DNA from: Phoronis australis
Lineage: Eukaryota; Animalia; Phoronida
Reading direction: 5' to 3'
Assembly (NCBI GenBank): GCA_002633005.1
Contig: NMRA01000372.1
Span: 39,098-103,097, forward strand
DNA length: 64,000 nt
The notes beneath the pieces are model-generated. The model saw only the letters and a list, made by a program, of their open reading frames with translations. It had not been told where the DNA came from and did not search any database. A program made the translations under genes and the position numbers. Position 1 is the first letter of the stretch. The number at the start of each line of letters is the position of its first letter. Positions 26,000 through 38,307 of this stretch are shown piece by piece.

Positions 26000-28900
26000 G
26001 TATTCATGCATTCATGAACAGGGCCCACACTGTGCTAGCAAACATAGTTCACTGACACATGAATACGGCCTGCCCTCACAAAACATGACTTTAAGGACAC
26101 AAAAAATCAACTCAAATATAGTTACACTGCTGTGTTTCACCTTGGAATGCCGATTGACCTTGAGATCGTGTATAGGCCTACGTACACCTGGAGTTAGTAT
26201 CCAAGGAAACTTGTCAAGTTTACTCAACTAATCACAATCACGCTAATAAAAATGTATACTGGAGAACAGCAAATCACATGTGGACAAAATGACGTAAAAT
26301 TCACCAGTCTTGGCTAACCTTTTAAAACTATTGTTGATTAGTTCACCAAACAATAATTGATTAATCGTTCCCACAATCTTCAAATACCGTGACATAAGCT
26401 CCGGTAAATGAGAAAATGGGTGATCGTGGGGCCAAAAATAATAAAAATTAATTTCACAGAACAAAAAGTTTCATCTGAATGCTTTAATATATATTTAATT
26501 CCAAGTGCGGGCATACTTTATGCGATCTTGAGGTTATGCAGAATTCCAAGTTCACTCACAACAACCCTACCAATGACGGTTACTTTAAAGTGGCTGAAAA
26601 TATGTCATACGATGTTGGAACGCAATCTACAATTGTAAATACATGTTTGTAATCATATTATCTGGAAATATGGGTGAGTGGCGCAGACGGTAGATATTTA
26701 CCGGTAGTCGTAAAGTTGATAGTGGTTTACACGGGTTACCCCTATAGCTTACCGGTGCGTCTAGACTGCCCCTACCATATCGTATAATTAGTATTCTCGA
26801 AATTTATGGAAATGACACAAGTACATGCGTAGCGGACTGTGAAAATACCGATTGAAACCCAGTTTATTTAATATTCCATTAACTCTAAAATATGACTGTA
26901 GGTGGCACTGTGAGCCAATTGGATACAATCCATGCACACACTGTTGAACCTCAAGGCGTTTTGAGATAAGGTGTGCTGCGTAGCCAGAAATAGAATTTGG
27001 TTGATATTTTGCTCATTCGATACAAAAGAAGGCAATTTGCAGACCATTTGACCCAAGTTTTCTCAATTGTAGTCACACATAAAATTTTACAGGGAACACT
27101 TGATTCTATATAATAACGCGGTCTGAAAACGCCCTACCTTTCATCCACTGTTTAGAAACTGGAGTGCATTGTCATTGTAATCCCAAACAAGCGGTGGTTG
27201 TGAGGTTATAAAAGCCGATGTAATTCTGGTTGTTTTTTATTTGACTCTCTGTTCTAACCATAATTACAGAGGGTAACTATTCACTTCGCCATCAGTTTTA
27301 TTATTCCTTAAAATATGTACAACGTTTGTGAATTATTCTACCCAGCATACTCTTTGTTTTCAGGTTGCTTACACTTTGCAGTAAAGAGCGTAGGAGCTGA
27401 GACAAAACTGGGTATTCAACAACAACCAGCCAAAAATACAACGGGAACCTGAGCGTATTTGGCCAGTTTATTCACAAAAAGACACTCATCCAACCTGTTT
27501 TGATGATTTCCACTAATTCTCGTTCTGTCACCTGCTAAGTCGTTATTGGTGCCAATATTATAGTTAAGGGCACGAATCAACCAAAAATCGTGCTCTCTAT
27601 ATCACAGACTGGATATTGTGATACCTTTAAGGTGGTATTTTCCCACAGTTGCCGTGTAATTCACTAAAAGCGTAGGTCGCGCTTGCCCGTTTAAATGTAG
27701 CTGAATTTCAGGGTTGTCAAGGGTTACAGAGCATTATGCAGCTTCAGAGAACGTTTTCAGTATCTGTTAGTAGGCCAAAATCGAGTTTGTTATCCTTTTA
27801 ATTAATATCGACGTCAACTACAGGCCTGGCAAGCTGACATCATTTTTGTGCTTTCGTTACTCTTACTAGAGAGCGGCAATATGAAAAGTCCCCTATTCAA
27901 GAGGGAAATCAACAATTGCATGGACTTCAAAACCAGTCGGCTGGACTGCAAAACCAAATGGCCGGCGATCGGACGTGTTCTCCAGGCTTCAAAACGCAAT
28001 GGCCTCACCCAAAAAAACTACTTGACTGGACCCAAAACACGATGGTGTTACAACTAGTTGGTCGGTGATCAAACACGACGGCCGGACTTCCTGAAAGACT
28101 CGATTTCAATGTCTCCGATTCATAATGGACGATTTGTCAGGCCATTGTGTTTGAGCACCGGCCAACCCGTTTTCGGTCCTGCCAACCAGTTGCCGGCACA
28201 GCCATATCATATGGTTTTGAGGTAGCAAGTGGTTTTGGAAGTCCGAACAATTGACTTATCACCAGGATTGTGAGTGACGGCTTACCTGACCAATCAGAAC
28301 GCAGCATTCTTGGCACACCTTCATTTCCAAGCCGCCATTTTACCCGACAAACAACACGTTGCCGGGGAAAACTTATTGTTTGTGAGTTGACATTGCGCAA
28401 GGGGGCGGACCTTACGATAGGTCAGTTGTTGAATCCCCTTTGCTGTTGTAGCTTTGCACATAAACCGTAGCGGAATGCACGAAACCACGATCTGAGTAAG
28501 ATTAGCGCGTGCACACTTGTTAATGCGATGTCTGTAGGTGATCGAGGTGAGTGGGGTGTAATTTGTGAAAGAAACTTACAAGTCATGACTGTAAAAATTA
28601 ACTTCAATTTAAATACGTTAAAAAATGTTTATTGTGTGACCAATTCTGCAATATACAAGGTTTTCGGTTTGTCTTGCACCAAGTTTGAACTACACAAGTT
28701 TCATCGGTCTTTAACGTGGATACATGCATTTCTCCGCTCTTAAGCTGTCAAGATGAATACTTAAACGAGCGCCTTGGAGTTAAAAACATTACGTCTGCAA
28801 AGCTCATGAGCTGTTGCCGAATGATCCAGCAAATCAGGTAATAGGCATTGTGTACATGCGTCACTTTCGTTGCGATTTTCGGGCTGCGAAGCCCAAAAAA

Positions 28901-29800
28901 CCCTGAAACCTTTTCTATAAGGCTTTGGTGGTTCCGCTATTCCAGCTCTTAACGGAAAAAGAATTCTATCGGGCAAAGGAACAACATTTGAGTAACAGTC
29001 TTACCTAAATTTTCGTTTTTAGTCAGATAAGCAGGACAAAATGTAGCGTTAACGGAAATGGGTTCATAAGAGAAGGCATCTACCTGGCCTTTAGAAAGCC
29101 AACAATTCTATAACACTTTTATTCAATGTACTTAAAAGCAAACGCAAAATTTACACTTTTTCGCTGTGCTACAAAAGGTAGCACTGTCGAATACTGTTAA
29201 ACATGGCTTCTTATTGGTTAAAGTAATGAAACCGACATCATGATATTTTTGGTTGAAATCTGAGAAACCCCTTTCAGTTTACTGTTACCTACAGTGGTAT
29301 GGCGTCCACCTTTGACTTTGAACAATTATTGTAATTTATTAAAATGGGCAGTGATCAAAGTACACAAAATCCAAGGAACCCCGATCCAGTGGCTTAAGCC
29401 CAAACAAGTACATTGCATAAAGACGCGTCCAAGTGGTAGCGATGTGATTGGTATACCTCCGACCACGGCATGCGCATTGATGCCCAAACACAGAATTCCG
29501 TGTGTCGGTCTACATGAATCCACAGGGACAATTTAAGTATAGGTGGCGCTGCGTCAGAGGGTAACGCAAAATTGAGCCAAGTGTATCCCGTCAGCTTTTC
29601 AACGTGTCCGCCTGAAGAAAAACTGTTACCAAAGTATTACGTTTAGAAGCGTAGAGCTACTTTTGTCTGTATGGAAAACATCCTCGTCGTTACGATTAGT
29701 ACACGGATAGACTGCTCCAATCTAATATCACCACTAAAACGTCACTCAGAAACAAAACTAGTGTTATCCTTTATCGATCTGCAATTATTTGAGTCGACTT

Positions 29801-29958
29801 TCAATATCCACCTTCATGCTTTGAGACCTCGCTCTGTTCCGGTGGAGCGTGATCAAACACAGGAGCGATATCCTCATCGGGCACTGCGAAAAATTTGTCA
29901 TCGTCGAACACCTCGTCTTCTTTAGGCTGGTCTAAGAACGGAATCTTGAGAACAAGTC
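29801..29958 (-). CDS. Rh gene A, terminal coding exon (GLVLKIPFLDQPKEDEVFDDDKFFAVP...EGGY*)
   Basis: Matches the Rh C-terminal pattern L..P....P.....F.D...F/W.VP. Phase-1 acceptor, TGA at 29803-29801. Candidate AATAAA signals on the minus strand near 29340 and 29123. Confidence 0.88.
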
Positions 29959-30512
29959 CTTCAAAACATCAAAAGAGTTCTGTTGAAGGCAATACACGCC
30001 GTGGATATACATATATGTATTCCGTTTTAAGTGGAACGTAGACGTCATTTTTAGGCGTTATCAAAAACTTTCACGATATCTATCGCTGCTTGGGATTTTA
30101 AAAAACGAAGACAGTTTTGCAATTACTGGCAGACGACAGGCGATATGATGTCTTTCACGGTGAAGAAATATTGTTTATGGTTTAAACCTGCGGAAATGTT
30201 TCTTGAAAAGTGACGTGAGAATTTTAATTTTAAAAAAGGTCTTACAGCACTTTCAATACAGGCCTCAGGACATCACTAGGCATGTTGATTAATATTGTCC
30301 AACTTAAGCCACTACATGTAGCTAATTACACACATTTCTGTGACTTCTATGAACAGATGCGTCAAAAATACAAGTTTTCACCGACTGACTATAGCATTTT
30401 CGACAAAACTTCACATGTAGCTTCGTACAAAAATTGGATGTATTCAATGGTGATAGACTGACACAGAAGATAATGAAGAAACGTAATAGCGTTTTAATAT
30501 TTACGCATGTAC

Positions 30513-30694
30513 CTGTCAGAATGCCTCCAACTATAGCCATTGCCATGGTTATAGCCAAATTAAGCATCTGATACCCTCCCTGCGTCAGGGCATCTCTTCC
30601 ATCTCCCGCTGTAAGGTTAGCGATCTTGTGACTCAAGTCGGCGAATTCTGTTGTATTAGCGAGCGGAACACGGGCAGGAAAGATGGTGTATAAA
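30513..30694 (-). CDS. Rh gene A, exon 8 (LYTIFPAR...GRDALTQGGYQMLNLAITMAMAIVGGILTG)
   Basis: Rh pattern R....Q..YQ...L..T...A..GG..TG. Pyrimidine-rich acceptor TTTTAG, donor GTACAT, 182 nt, phases 2->1. Confidence 0.92.
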
Positions 30695-30986
30695 CTAAAA
30701 GCAAAAAAGAACTGAAACTGGAACACAAAAGAACACATGACAATGACATTGAACGCCTGTCAGTCAACCCAGTCAACACACATCATTTGTTCTCTGTGAA
30801 GCCTGCGGGTTTTCAGACCAATCCACCATGTGTCTAAGAAATCGTTTCGTGAACAAAAACCGATACTTCATACGAGCTTTGACAGCCTTTTGATACCATA
30901 CAGTACTTCTTAGCGAACCCTAGTTTATTTTACCTATATCATTCCATGAACATTCTGAAAACGGCCATAGAGGTCTGGTTTCTTAC

Positions 30987-31120
30987 TTCAATCCATACTG
31001 CTTGGTAGTGGCTATGGCGCTTACAACAGCCCCTGCAATGGCCGCCAAGATTCCCGGCATTCCGTGCAGGTTGTTCACACCACACGTGTCGTGTAGCTTG
31101 AGCTTGGAGCTCATGGCAGG
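30987..31120 (-). CDS. Rh gene A, exon 7 (PAMSSKLKLHDTCGVNNLHGMPGILAAIAG...)
   Basis: Rh motif DTCGV.NLHGMPG with the second pore histidine. Acceptor TTTCAG, donor GTAAGA, 134 nt, phases 0->2. Confidence 0.94.
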
Positions 31121-31872
31121 CTGAAATTTGGAATGAAAATCTCAGACGAGTGAATCAGGCCAATGGAATAACGAATTACCGATAGAAATTCGCTGAAGAC
31201 AGCAGATCATAGCGCGTGCTTTTACGCGCAGCAGACCCTGTTTACGTATAGCAATAAGTCTATATACAGTCGCACAACTCCACTCTTTTCCTGGAAATCC
31301 CCTTCGATTCTTCTTCCGCTCCACCCTTTCTTCTTGAAACGGATCAGTTGTAAATTTATGACTTTCGCTCAAAAACACCCTTGCAAACCGGAATATTGGA
31401 CAGAACTGATTTGGAAACAGATCTGACAATAAAAACACAATAGACTTGAGACCCAGTCAGGCAAGCTTTTGACTGACAGATGCCAGCACAGCATAAATGC
31501 GATGAAAGTCACAGTAATATATTGCATTTTCACCCCACTGTTTTGAATTTCACAGTACTTCCACAATTTTTCATATTTCTCAGAGACACTTTTTAAATTT
31601 ATTGACGCCACTCTGAAGATATTTGTGCAAAATTTGAAGGAATTTAAATGGTTAATTACTGAGAAAGTACTTGTCAAAAGTGGATCTCGTTTTTGGGACA
31701 CCTGATACAATTATACCACTAAAAGGGTAAGCATTGGGGCAGAGAAGCACATGCCGGAAACGCATAATGAAGTTCAATTGTCTTGCGTACTTGAAACGGA
31801 GAGATCATTTCAAAGGATTTTAGATTTTACTCATCTTCAGGCAGTATCACTTATGATAAATATCATACTTAC

Positions 31873-32010
31873 TGTTAAAAACTTGAATCCAACCACAGAG
31901 ATGACAGCGGCAATGATGCCAATCAAAACAGCCCCCCATGGCTGTATCATCAGGTTTGAGCACGTGCCAACAGCAACGCCTCCGGCGAGAGTCGAATTCT
32001 GAATGTGGAC
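31873..32010 (-). CDS. Rh gene A, exon 6 ([27 protein letters not shown]...FKFLT)
   Basis: Rh motif [14 protein letters not shown]. Acceptor CGAAG, donor GTAAGT, 138 nt, phases 0->0. Confidence 0.93.
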
Positions 32011-32690
32011 CTTCGAAGAAACATCGCATTTGTTACTGTTGCTGTTAAAGTTCTTTTAGGCTTTTACTCTCACAAAATTGGTCTCATAATATTCCTTACC
32101 GGGATTCATTTTACTGAACTGCTTATGATTTCGAAGTTCTTGTTGGTACCAAAATATAATCCCATCACAGTAAGGGCTAGCAAGGGCTCGATGTTATGAG
32201 AGTAAAAGTCGATTTTCGCTTTTGTGCCAAAAAGGTAAAATGTAGCTTTGAAATACCCCTATAAACTATAAGCTATATGGCGGCAAGAAATTCTTATTGG
32301 GGGAGAGCAAAACGTGTGAAGGCATCCTCGTTTGAAACCAGTTTTGGCTCGGCCCCGCCGCCCCAGTTTAGCCTCACTCTGCCACAAACATTGTTAGGCA
32401 CTTGACATTTTCCGATCTGTTTTGTGGGGGTCTGTACCGTACGTTCATAAGTGAAGCACTGGCTCCCCGCCCCCCACTATTTACGCCTATATATAAGAAT
32501 TACATGGACAAAGAAGATTCTAAATCTCACGGACGCAGTTCGTATTTGTTCGACGCATCAAGAACCTTCCTACATTCTTTCTGGATAAGACATCGAGACT
32601 CTTACTGAACCCCTTCACCCGCTGATTTAACAACCTTAGATCCATGATCAAGCCACACATCCTGCCGTCAATCTATCATTTCATCAACCA

Positions 32691-32720
32691 CTCCCTCCCT
32701 CCCTCCCTCCCTCCCTCCCN
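32691..32720. repeat. (CCCT)n microsatellite ending in an assembly N
   Basis: Directly visible. Confidence 0.9.
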
Positions 32721-33518
32721 AGTAGCTCGCAGCCCGATCAGGCCCGTCGCCGCCGGCCGGATTGACTCCGCCGTTATCCCGGCCAGTGGCTCGGAAACTG
32801 ATCAGACATCACGAACATAAACCAGCCAAAGTTCAGTGGAAACTAAACTTCCAGTCAAAAAAATACTACATAAGTGAGCCAAAGTAATGTGCACGGTGAT
32901 TATGTTGGTGAATTAGCCACGAAACTGCAAATCTACTTTACCCGTCGGGCCGGGGGGCCGCAAATTCAGGTTCCGCTTTGGCTACAGCACCGTCAGGGCA
33001 GAAGTTGTACATTGACAATCATTATTTGAGTAATGTAAATGTAAATAAAGATTCCTCTAACACCAGGTCAAGGGATGGAAATCGAGTTGCTTCACAACAG
33101 TTTCTGCCAGCAAACACTAAATGAGCTCACACGGCCTCAGTGTCCCGTCAATTAGTTTTATTGCACCTAAAGCTGGTAACGCATAGATTTATTCATTGCT
33201 GGCTTCTCAAATCATTTGCACTCACGAACACTCCAAAGGCATTCTAAATAGGCATCTAATGAGACAGACTTTGTCTGAGTTTCATACAAAGTATTGGTTA
33301 GAGTAAGAATAATTCATTTTGAAACAGAACGCTCAGTAATATACATGTACAAACATGGCAACTCGCAATCCCGACTTAGGACGAGCTAGAGCTCGATCAG
33401 TCCCGACTTCGCAGGTGGATCGTTAAGTTTTACAGGCTATCAATTCGAACAGGAATACAGTGATGAAGAAATACTAGAGAGGCGCCGTGAATAAGCTCAG
33501 ACAACGGAACGTCTGAAG

Positions 33519-33917
33519 TTATTTGGTAAGCCAGCATTCGTCAGGCACTGTCGACGTCTGCAGGCCACAGACACGGAGATGTGTCACGATCTCATACTTG
33601 CTATTTACAGCGTACATTTCATTCTTCACTACCATGAGCCACTTCCTAAGCATTTCGGACTCTCGAGGAGGTAAAAAACGATGTAACCGCTTTCCTCGCA
33701 GCTGCTTAGTTTGGACAAGCGGGAACGAAGCACCGCAACATAGCGGCATTCACTCTTCATATGAACCAATGACGTCGATAGCGTCGTTTCTCACCTTCCT
33801 CACAGGTTAACACGATACCTCTTGGCAAGGTAAGGTCGACCGTATGCGAGGCGATGTGGATATAGACCGATTAAGACGACAAAAAGACTAATGAAATCGG
33901 GTGGCATTCTCCTTTAA
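33519..33917 (-). mobile_element. THAP-domain-like relic next to a TTAA-AGG terminus (Kolobok-like DNA transposon end)
   Basis: ORF MPLCCGA...LHRFLP...RKW...RVCGL resembles a decayed C2CH THAP finger. TTAA|AGGAGAATGCCACCC begins at 33917 on the minus strand; the second end was not found. Confidence 0.45.
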
Positions 33918-34357
33918 GACCATGTCAAAGCTGAAGCTAAATAGTGAACTTAATGCAAGTTCATTTGTAAAGTGAACTTTTTTCATTTTTTGTAAATTTT
34001 GGGATTTGTAATTTTGTGCTCATTTAAGATACTGTCGAAATGTAGTGCTGTAAATGTGTTCATTGGACAAGTCTTTACTCAAAAACCATTCCCACATAAA
34101 ATTGTCTCCAGAATTCGTGCAACCCGAGACGGCCATGTACACTTCTGTAGTCTCGTGACAAATGCTTCATAACTTTGACTTCTTGTTGCAAATATTAACA
34201 AATTTTAAAAATATTAGGCCAAATATGTACAACACTACATATATAAGACCGGAAATATGAAATATCTACAACTTAGTCTAAGTCTACCCAAGAGGAAACT
34301 TAGGCAGGCACCCGAGAAGACGATTTTGGGCTGATTTTTATTCATTTTGTTACTTAC

Positions 34358-34502
34358 CTATCATTGAAAACAGGTCTGCGTGATAGACTGAGCCCTCTTT
34401 TTGCGACTTTTCTACATCCGGGTCATACAGGATACGAGAGACAGCGAGACCAAAATAAGCGCCAAATACGTGAACGAACATCGAACCTCCTATGTCCACC
34501 AC
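34358..34502 (-). CDS. Rh gene A, exon 4 ([23 protein letters not shown]...HADLFSMIG)
   Basis: Read manually; not in the ORF track. Contains D.GGSM..H.FGAYFGL with the first pore histidine. Acceptor TTTCAG, donor GTAAGT, 145 nt, phases 0->1. Confidence 0.93.
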
Positions 34503-35025
34503 CTGAAATCAAACACACACATGTACATGTTTGGGATTCATGGAGATGTATAGCATACGCCAAACTCGTAAGAAACTGGCATAAGGGAAAGTAATCTTTT
34601 AATGCGACCAAGTTTCTAGTGGCGACAAAAACAACATCACGTAAAACCACGAAAAATCACGCGAATGAGATTCGAGTGTTCTAGAAGTCCTTGCTAGCGT
34701 AGTTTAACAAAATGGCGGCCACTGACGCTGATGAGGTTGACATGTATAGATATGGAATTGAATTCATGACTTATAGGATGGGTTTACGGTTTCCGATCCG
34801 TAGTCAAAAACTTTTTGCCGCAAGTCTTGGATCAAGGGAACGCAGTCCTAGAAATATTCAGATCGTTTCTTACAAGTACTTGAGCTGACATGTACGTTTG
34901 CATGTGGAACGTTTACTTTCAGACACCGTGCTCTTTAGGCTTACATTTGAAAATGGAGTTCACCTACATGACAAAAAATAATAAATGGAACTAAATAAAG
35001 AAAAATTCCACTTGCTTCCTCTTAC

Positions 35026-35176
35026 CTTGAGGTACGTAACGCCGATGTGTTCATTCACAGAGTAAACGGCAATTTCAATGAAGGCCATTATAATCAGCTG
35101 AAGCGGACTTGTCTTTCCAAGAACTGCACCGAAAGAGATCAGGACAGCCGCCGCTGCAAACTCTGATGTGGTCAAA
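35026..35176 (-). CDS. Rh gene A, exon 3 (LTTSEFAAAAVLISFGAVLGKTSPLQL...TYLK)
   Basis: Rh motif LISFGAVLGK..P.QL. Acceptor TTAG, donor GTAAGA, 151 nt, phases 2->0. Confidence 0.95.
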
Positions 35177-38100
35177 CTAAGAAAAAGTAACTCGCTTTAA
35201 TTTGTTTTGTTTGTAATGCATTTCGCATGACATCTTCAATTATAATGGTTCACCTTTCATTACTTTCATTTTCATTGATTGACCTTCCATACATTTCGTG
35301 TAACTAAGGTCGCTTTGTGTAAAAGCTTACAGCTTTCTGAACACAAAGTCGTAAATTGGCTCTAGGTGATTCCTCTCGAAACAACGTAGTTCTTCATGAC
35401 AAAAACTTTTCAGATTTTTCGGCACTCCTTTAAAGAAATAGGAGCTGATACAGCGACGTCAGACGACCGCTGCACAATAGGACGGCAAAGACGCAATTTG
35501 CAAACATTCGTGCATGTGTGTGTGAATAAAGTTCACCTAGCGGCAAAATGACGCATTAACTGAACAATCATGATAACACTAACTACTTCCAATTGCTTCA
35601 GAATCGATTGTGACAGCACTGTTACTTGCGCCGGGGAAAGTTACCACTTAAAATTTCACTCAAACCTCGATGAGGTGAGGATAAGTTGTCGGTTATCACA
35701 CGCCCGTCGGGGTGCTGCAACGCTACTAGACCGAGAGAAAACATGGTTCCAGGAGAAAGTTGCTCCAAGGTTACTGGCAGCGTGGTCGTCCCGAACGGAG
35801 AGCATTTGTGTATTTAATATCTACTTCGGGAATTCTACACCTAGAGTACTAAACCAATGTCAGGACATCATCGAAAGGGATTGAAACATCATGTTTCTAG
35901 AGTTTGAGCATATGTCACACGAGGAAAGATAAGCAGAGCGTGGATTGGGGGTGCCATAATATCCTTGGAACAGAAAAAAACAGTAAGAAAGTTTGGTAAA
36001 TCTCCACTATTCCTCAAAATATCAACCTGGCATCTATTGCAAGAGCACAAACATTGTTGGGGATTCCAATCAGCAAACTGATATCCAAAAATTAAACCAG
36101 CCAGTTATCCTTTAAATATATAGGGGTACAGGCGCATTGTTCGTTCAATGATAGCAAATTGAATACCAAAATATTAACAGTGATACGACACTAAGACTTT
36201 TCTATTATCTTACTAGATCGAGGATTGACCCATTGTCAAGAGATACTTTATCAGTTTATCTTCCTAACATGATTTACTACCAGCGCAGTTTGATATTCCC
36301 TTGTATGAGCCTATATCATTTTGCTGGATCTCACGCCTGTTTGATCGGTCGTAGTCCTGTATATCCAAACTGAGACGTACTTGCAATTAGAATATCCGCT
36401 AACATATACGTGTATGGACATGTGTTTCTAATAAATGTGCTAGCATTTCAACTCGCAAAACAAAAAGTTGAACACGAGCGCCACTCAGCGTCAAACCAGA
36501 TCACTCCTACAAGTGATACCTTGGTGAAGGCAAATTCGGGTGAAATCATTGCGATGCTGAGAGAGCTAAAGTTATCTGTATAATGATAAAGTAACTAAAG
36601 CAGTGGATATGTGAAGCCGGGGGGATACATCTCGGGCGAAGAATGCAGGAGTGTACAACGAAATGCGATGACTCGTTTACCGAACTCCCCCCCCCCCAAC
36701 GACTGAGGCAAAAATAATCCAACGCAAGGATGTTTTCGCCGGTCGTGGCTGATGATGACATCTGTCGGAGAAAGAGGGCGTTCTACTCTATTTATAAAAC
36801 CCAATCATAACGTATATGCTACCCCCGAGGTACAGTGTGCATGTACTTAACTAAAGGCTTTATCGTATTGAGAAAGGTGCAAGGTGCGCATATCTCTGAT
36901 TATACGCTGTATATTGTGGGCAATGTATTAGCAGTGACAACAGATGAAGACTCGCGGCAACTACAGAACGTAAGTGTTGTTCACATTATAGATTTGCGTC
37001 GGATAATTAGTGAAAAACGTGTAAGAGTGTTTTCAGTGCACAACACAAGTTAATCAGATGAGGCAAAATTGTTTTTCATGCCTTTTTGACTTCCGATCTG
37101 ACTTTGACGACATTTTCTCCTGGAGTGCGGCAATTGCTTGCTAACTGCAGTACCACAGCAACATTTGATTAGAGAATTGTCTCTATTCGTCACATGGATG
37201 TAGTGCTTGATAACTACAATCATTGCCAATCCCAATCAGGGGTCCATATAGCTTGATTTCGAGATCGATTCATTTTTGTTGAACCAAAACAATGCTTTGT
37301 AATCCCATTTAGAGCAAGTTTCAAAACACGGAATCCAAATTGCAATACTATTCCATAGTGCTTATATTTATGAAAATAAAATAAGAGAATTTGAAAGGCA
37401 AATCTGCAAAGCTTAGTAGCCTCTTAGGTGGTGCTCATTTTAATCGTGGAAGTAAACCACTGTTTTGAAACCATCCATCGTCGTTCTGCAATAAATTCAG
37501 ATACCCCCAACACAGGGTGCTCAAAAGGAAACCACTATTAATGACCTTTTGATCAAGGAACTCTGTATAGTTTGTGGTAAAACGTGGACTTCGAACCTCC
37601 GACTCCACTTCGTATGACGACGAAGAAGTGTTTCCGCTAACAATGTTTTTAATCTTTTAGATGTGGTACTTATTGGTTAGAAAACATAATTAAACTCTTA
37701 CCAGGCTAAGTTCCAAAGCCGTTATTAGCACCCCTATAAAAATCTCTAAACATTCTTAGGCCAAAAGACAACATACGTAGTCGCACACATGCTCTTTATA
37801 GCTTTCCAAGAGATTCATCAGTTCTAGGTTCCCTAAGGTCCCATTAGGATACCCCAGATTGACAAAGCAGTGACCAGATTATATTTCACAGCTATCACGT
37901 CCTCATCTTTAGTCACAATAAGTCACGCATTGTTCGTGTCTTGCGTCCAACGCTCCCGACAACGGCCGTTGATGCCAGAAAATTTGATTTCTACTTCAGG
38001 CAAATATTTGTTTGGTTTTGTATACTTGCATCAAACATGGAGTGGAAATTGTACAAGCCTGAAAAGCATTGTTGGTCTAAATCAGTGTTAGGATTTTTAA

Positions 38101-38307
38101 GCCTATTTTTTCAAATTTGGAAGTCGAAGTCAATATATTTCTCGACGTTAAATTATTAGTATGTTAGTGTCCTTCGTATTACACATATACATCAGTTTAA
38201 TGCATATCTTGTGTGTTTAAGGAACCAATGTCGTCTCAACAAATCAGCTCAAATGCTATCGCATCTAACTTCATAAATTTATGACGGTGCAAGCAGAAGA
38301 TTAAAAC

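Noticed and set aside
33921-33975. Minus-strand ALSSLFSFSFDM|GT as the end of the missing Rh exon 5
   Set aside because: Upstream codons are A-rich and not Rh-like, there is no FLW/WPSFN motif, and the donor GTCTTA is poor. Treated as coincidence.
35900-36370. Possible LINE 3'-end relic on the minus strand (similarly 19000-19600)
   Set aside because: Similarity is too faint to assign a family or boundaries by eye.
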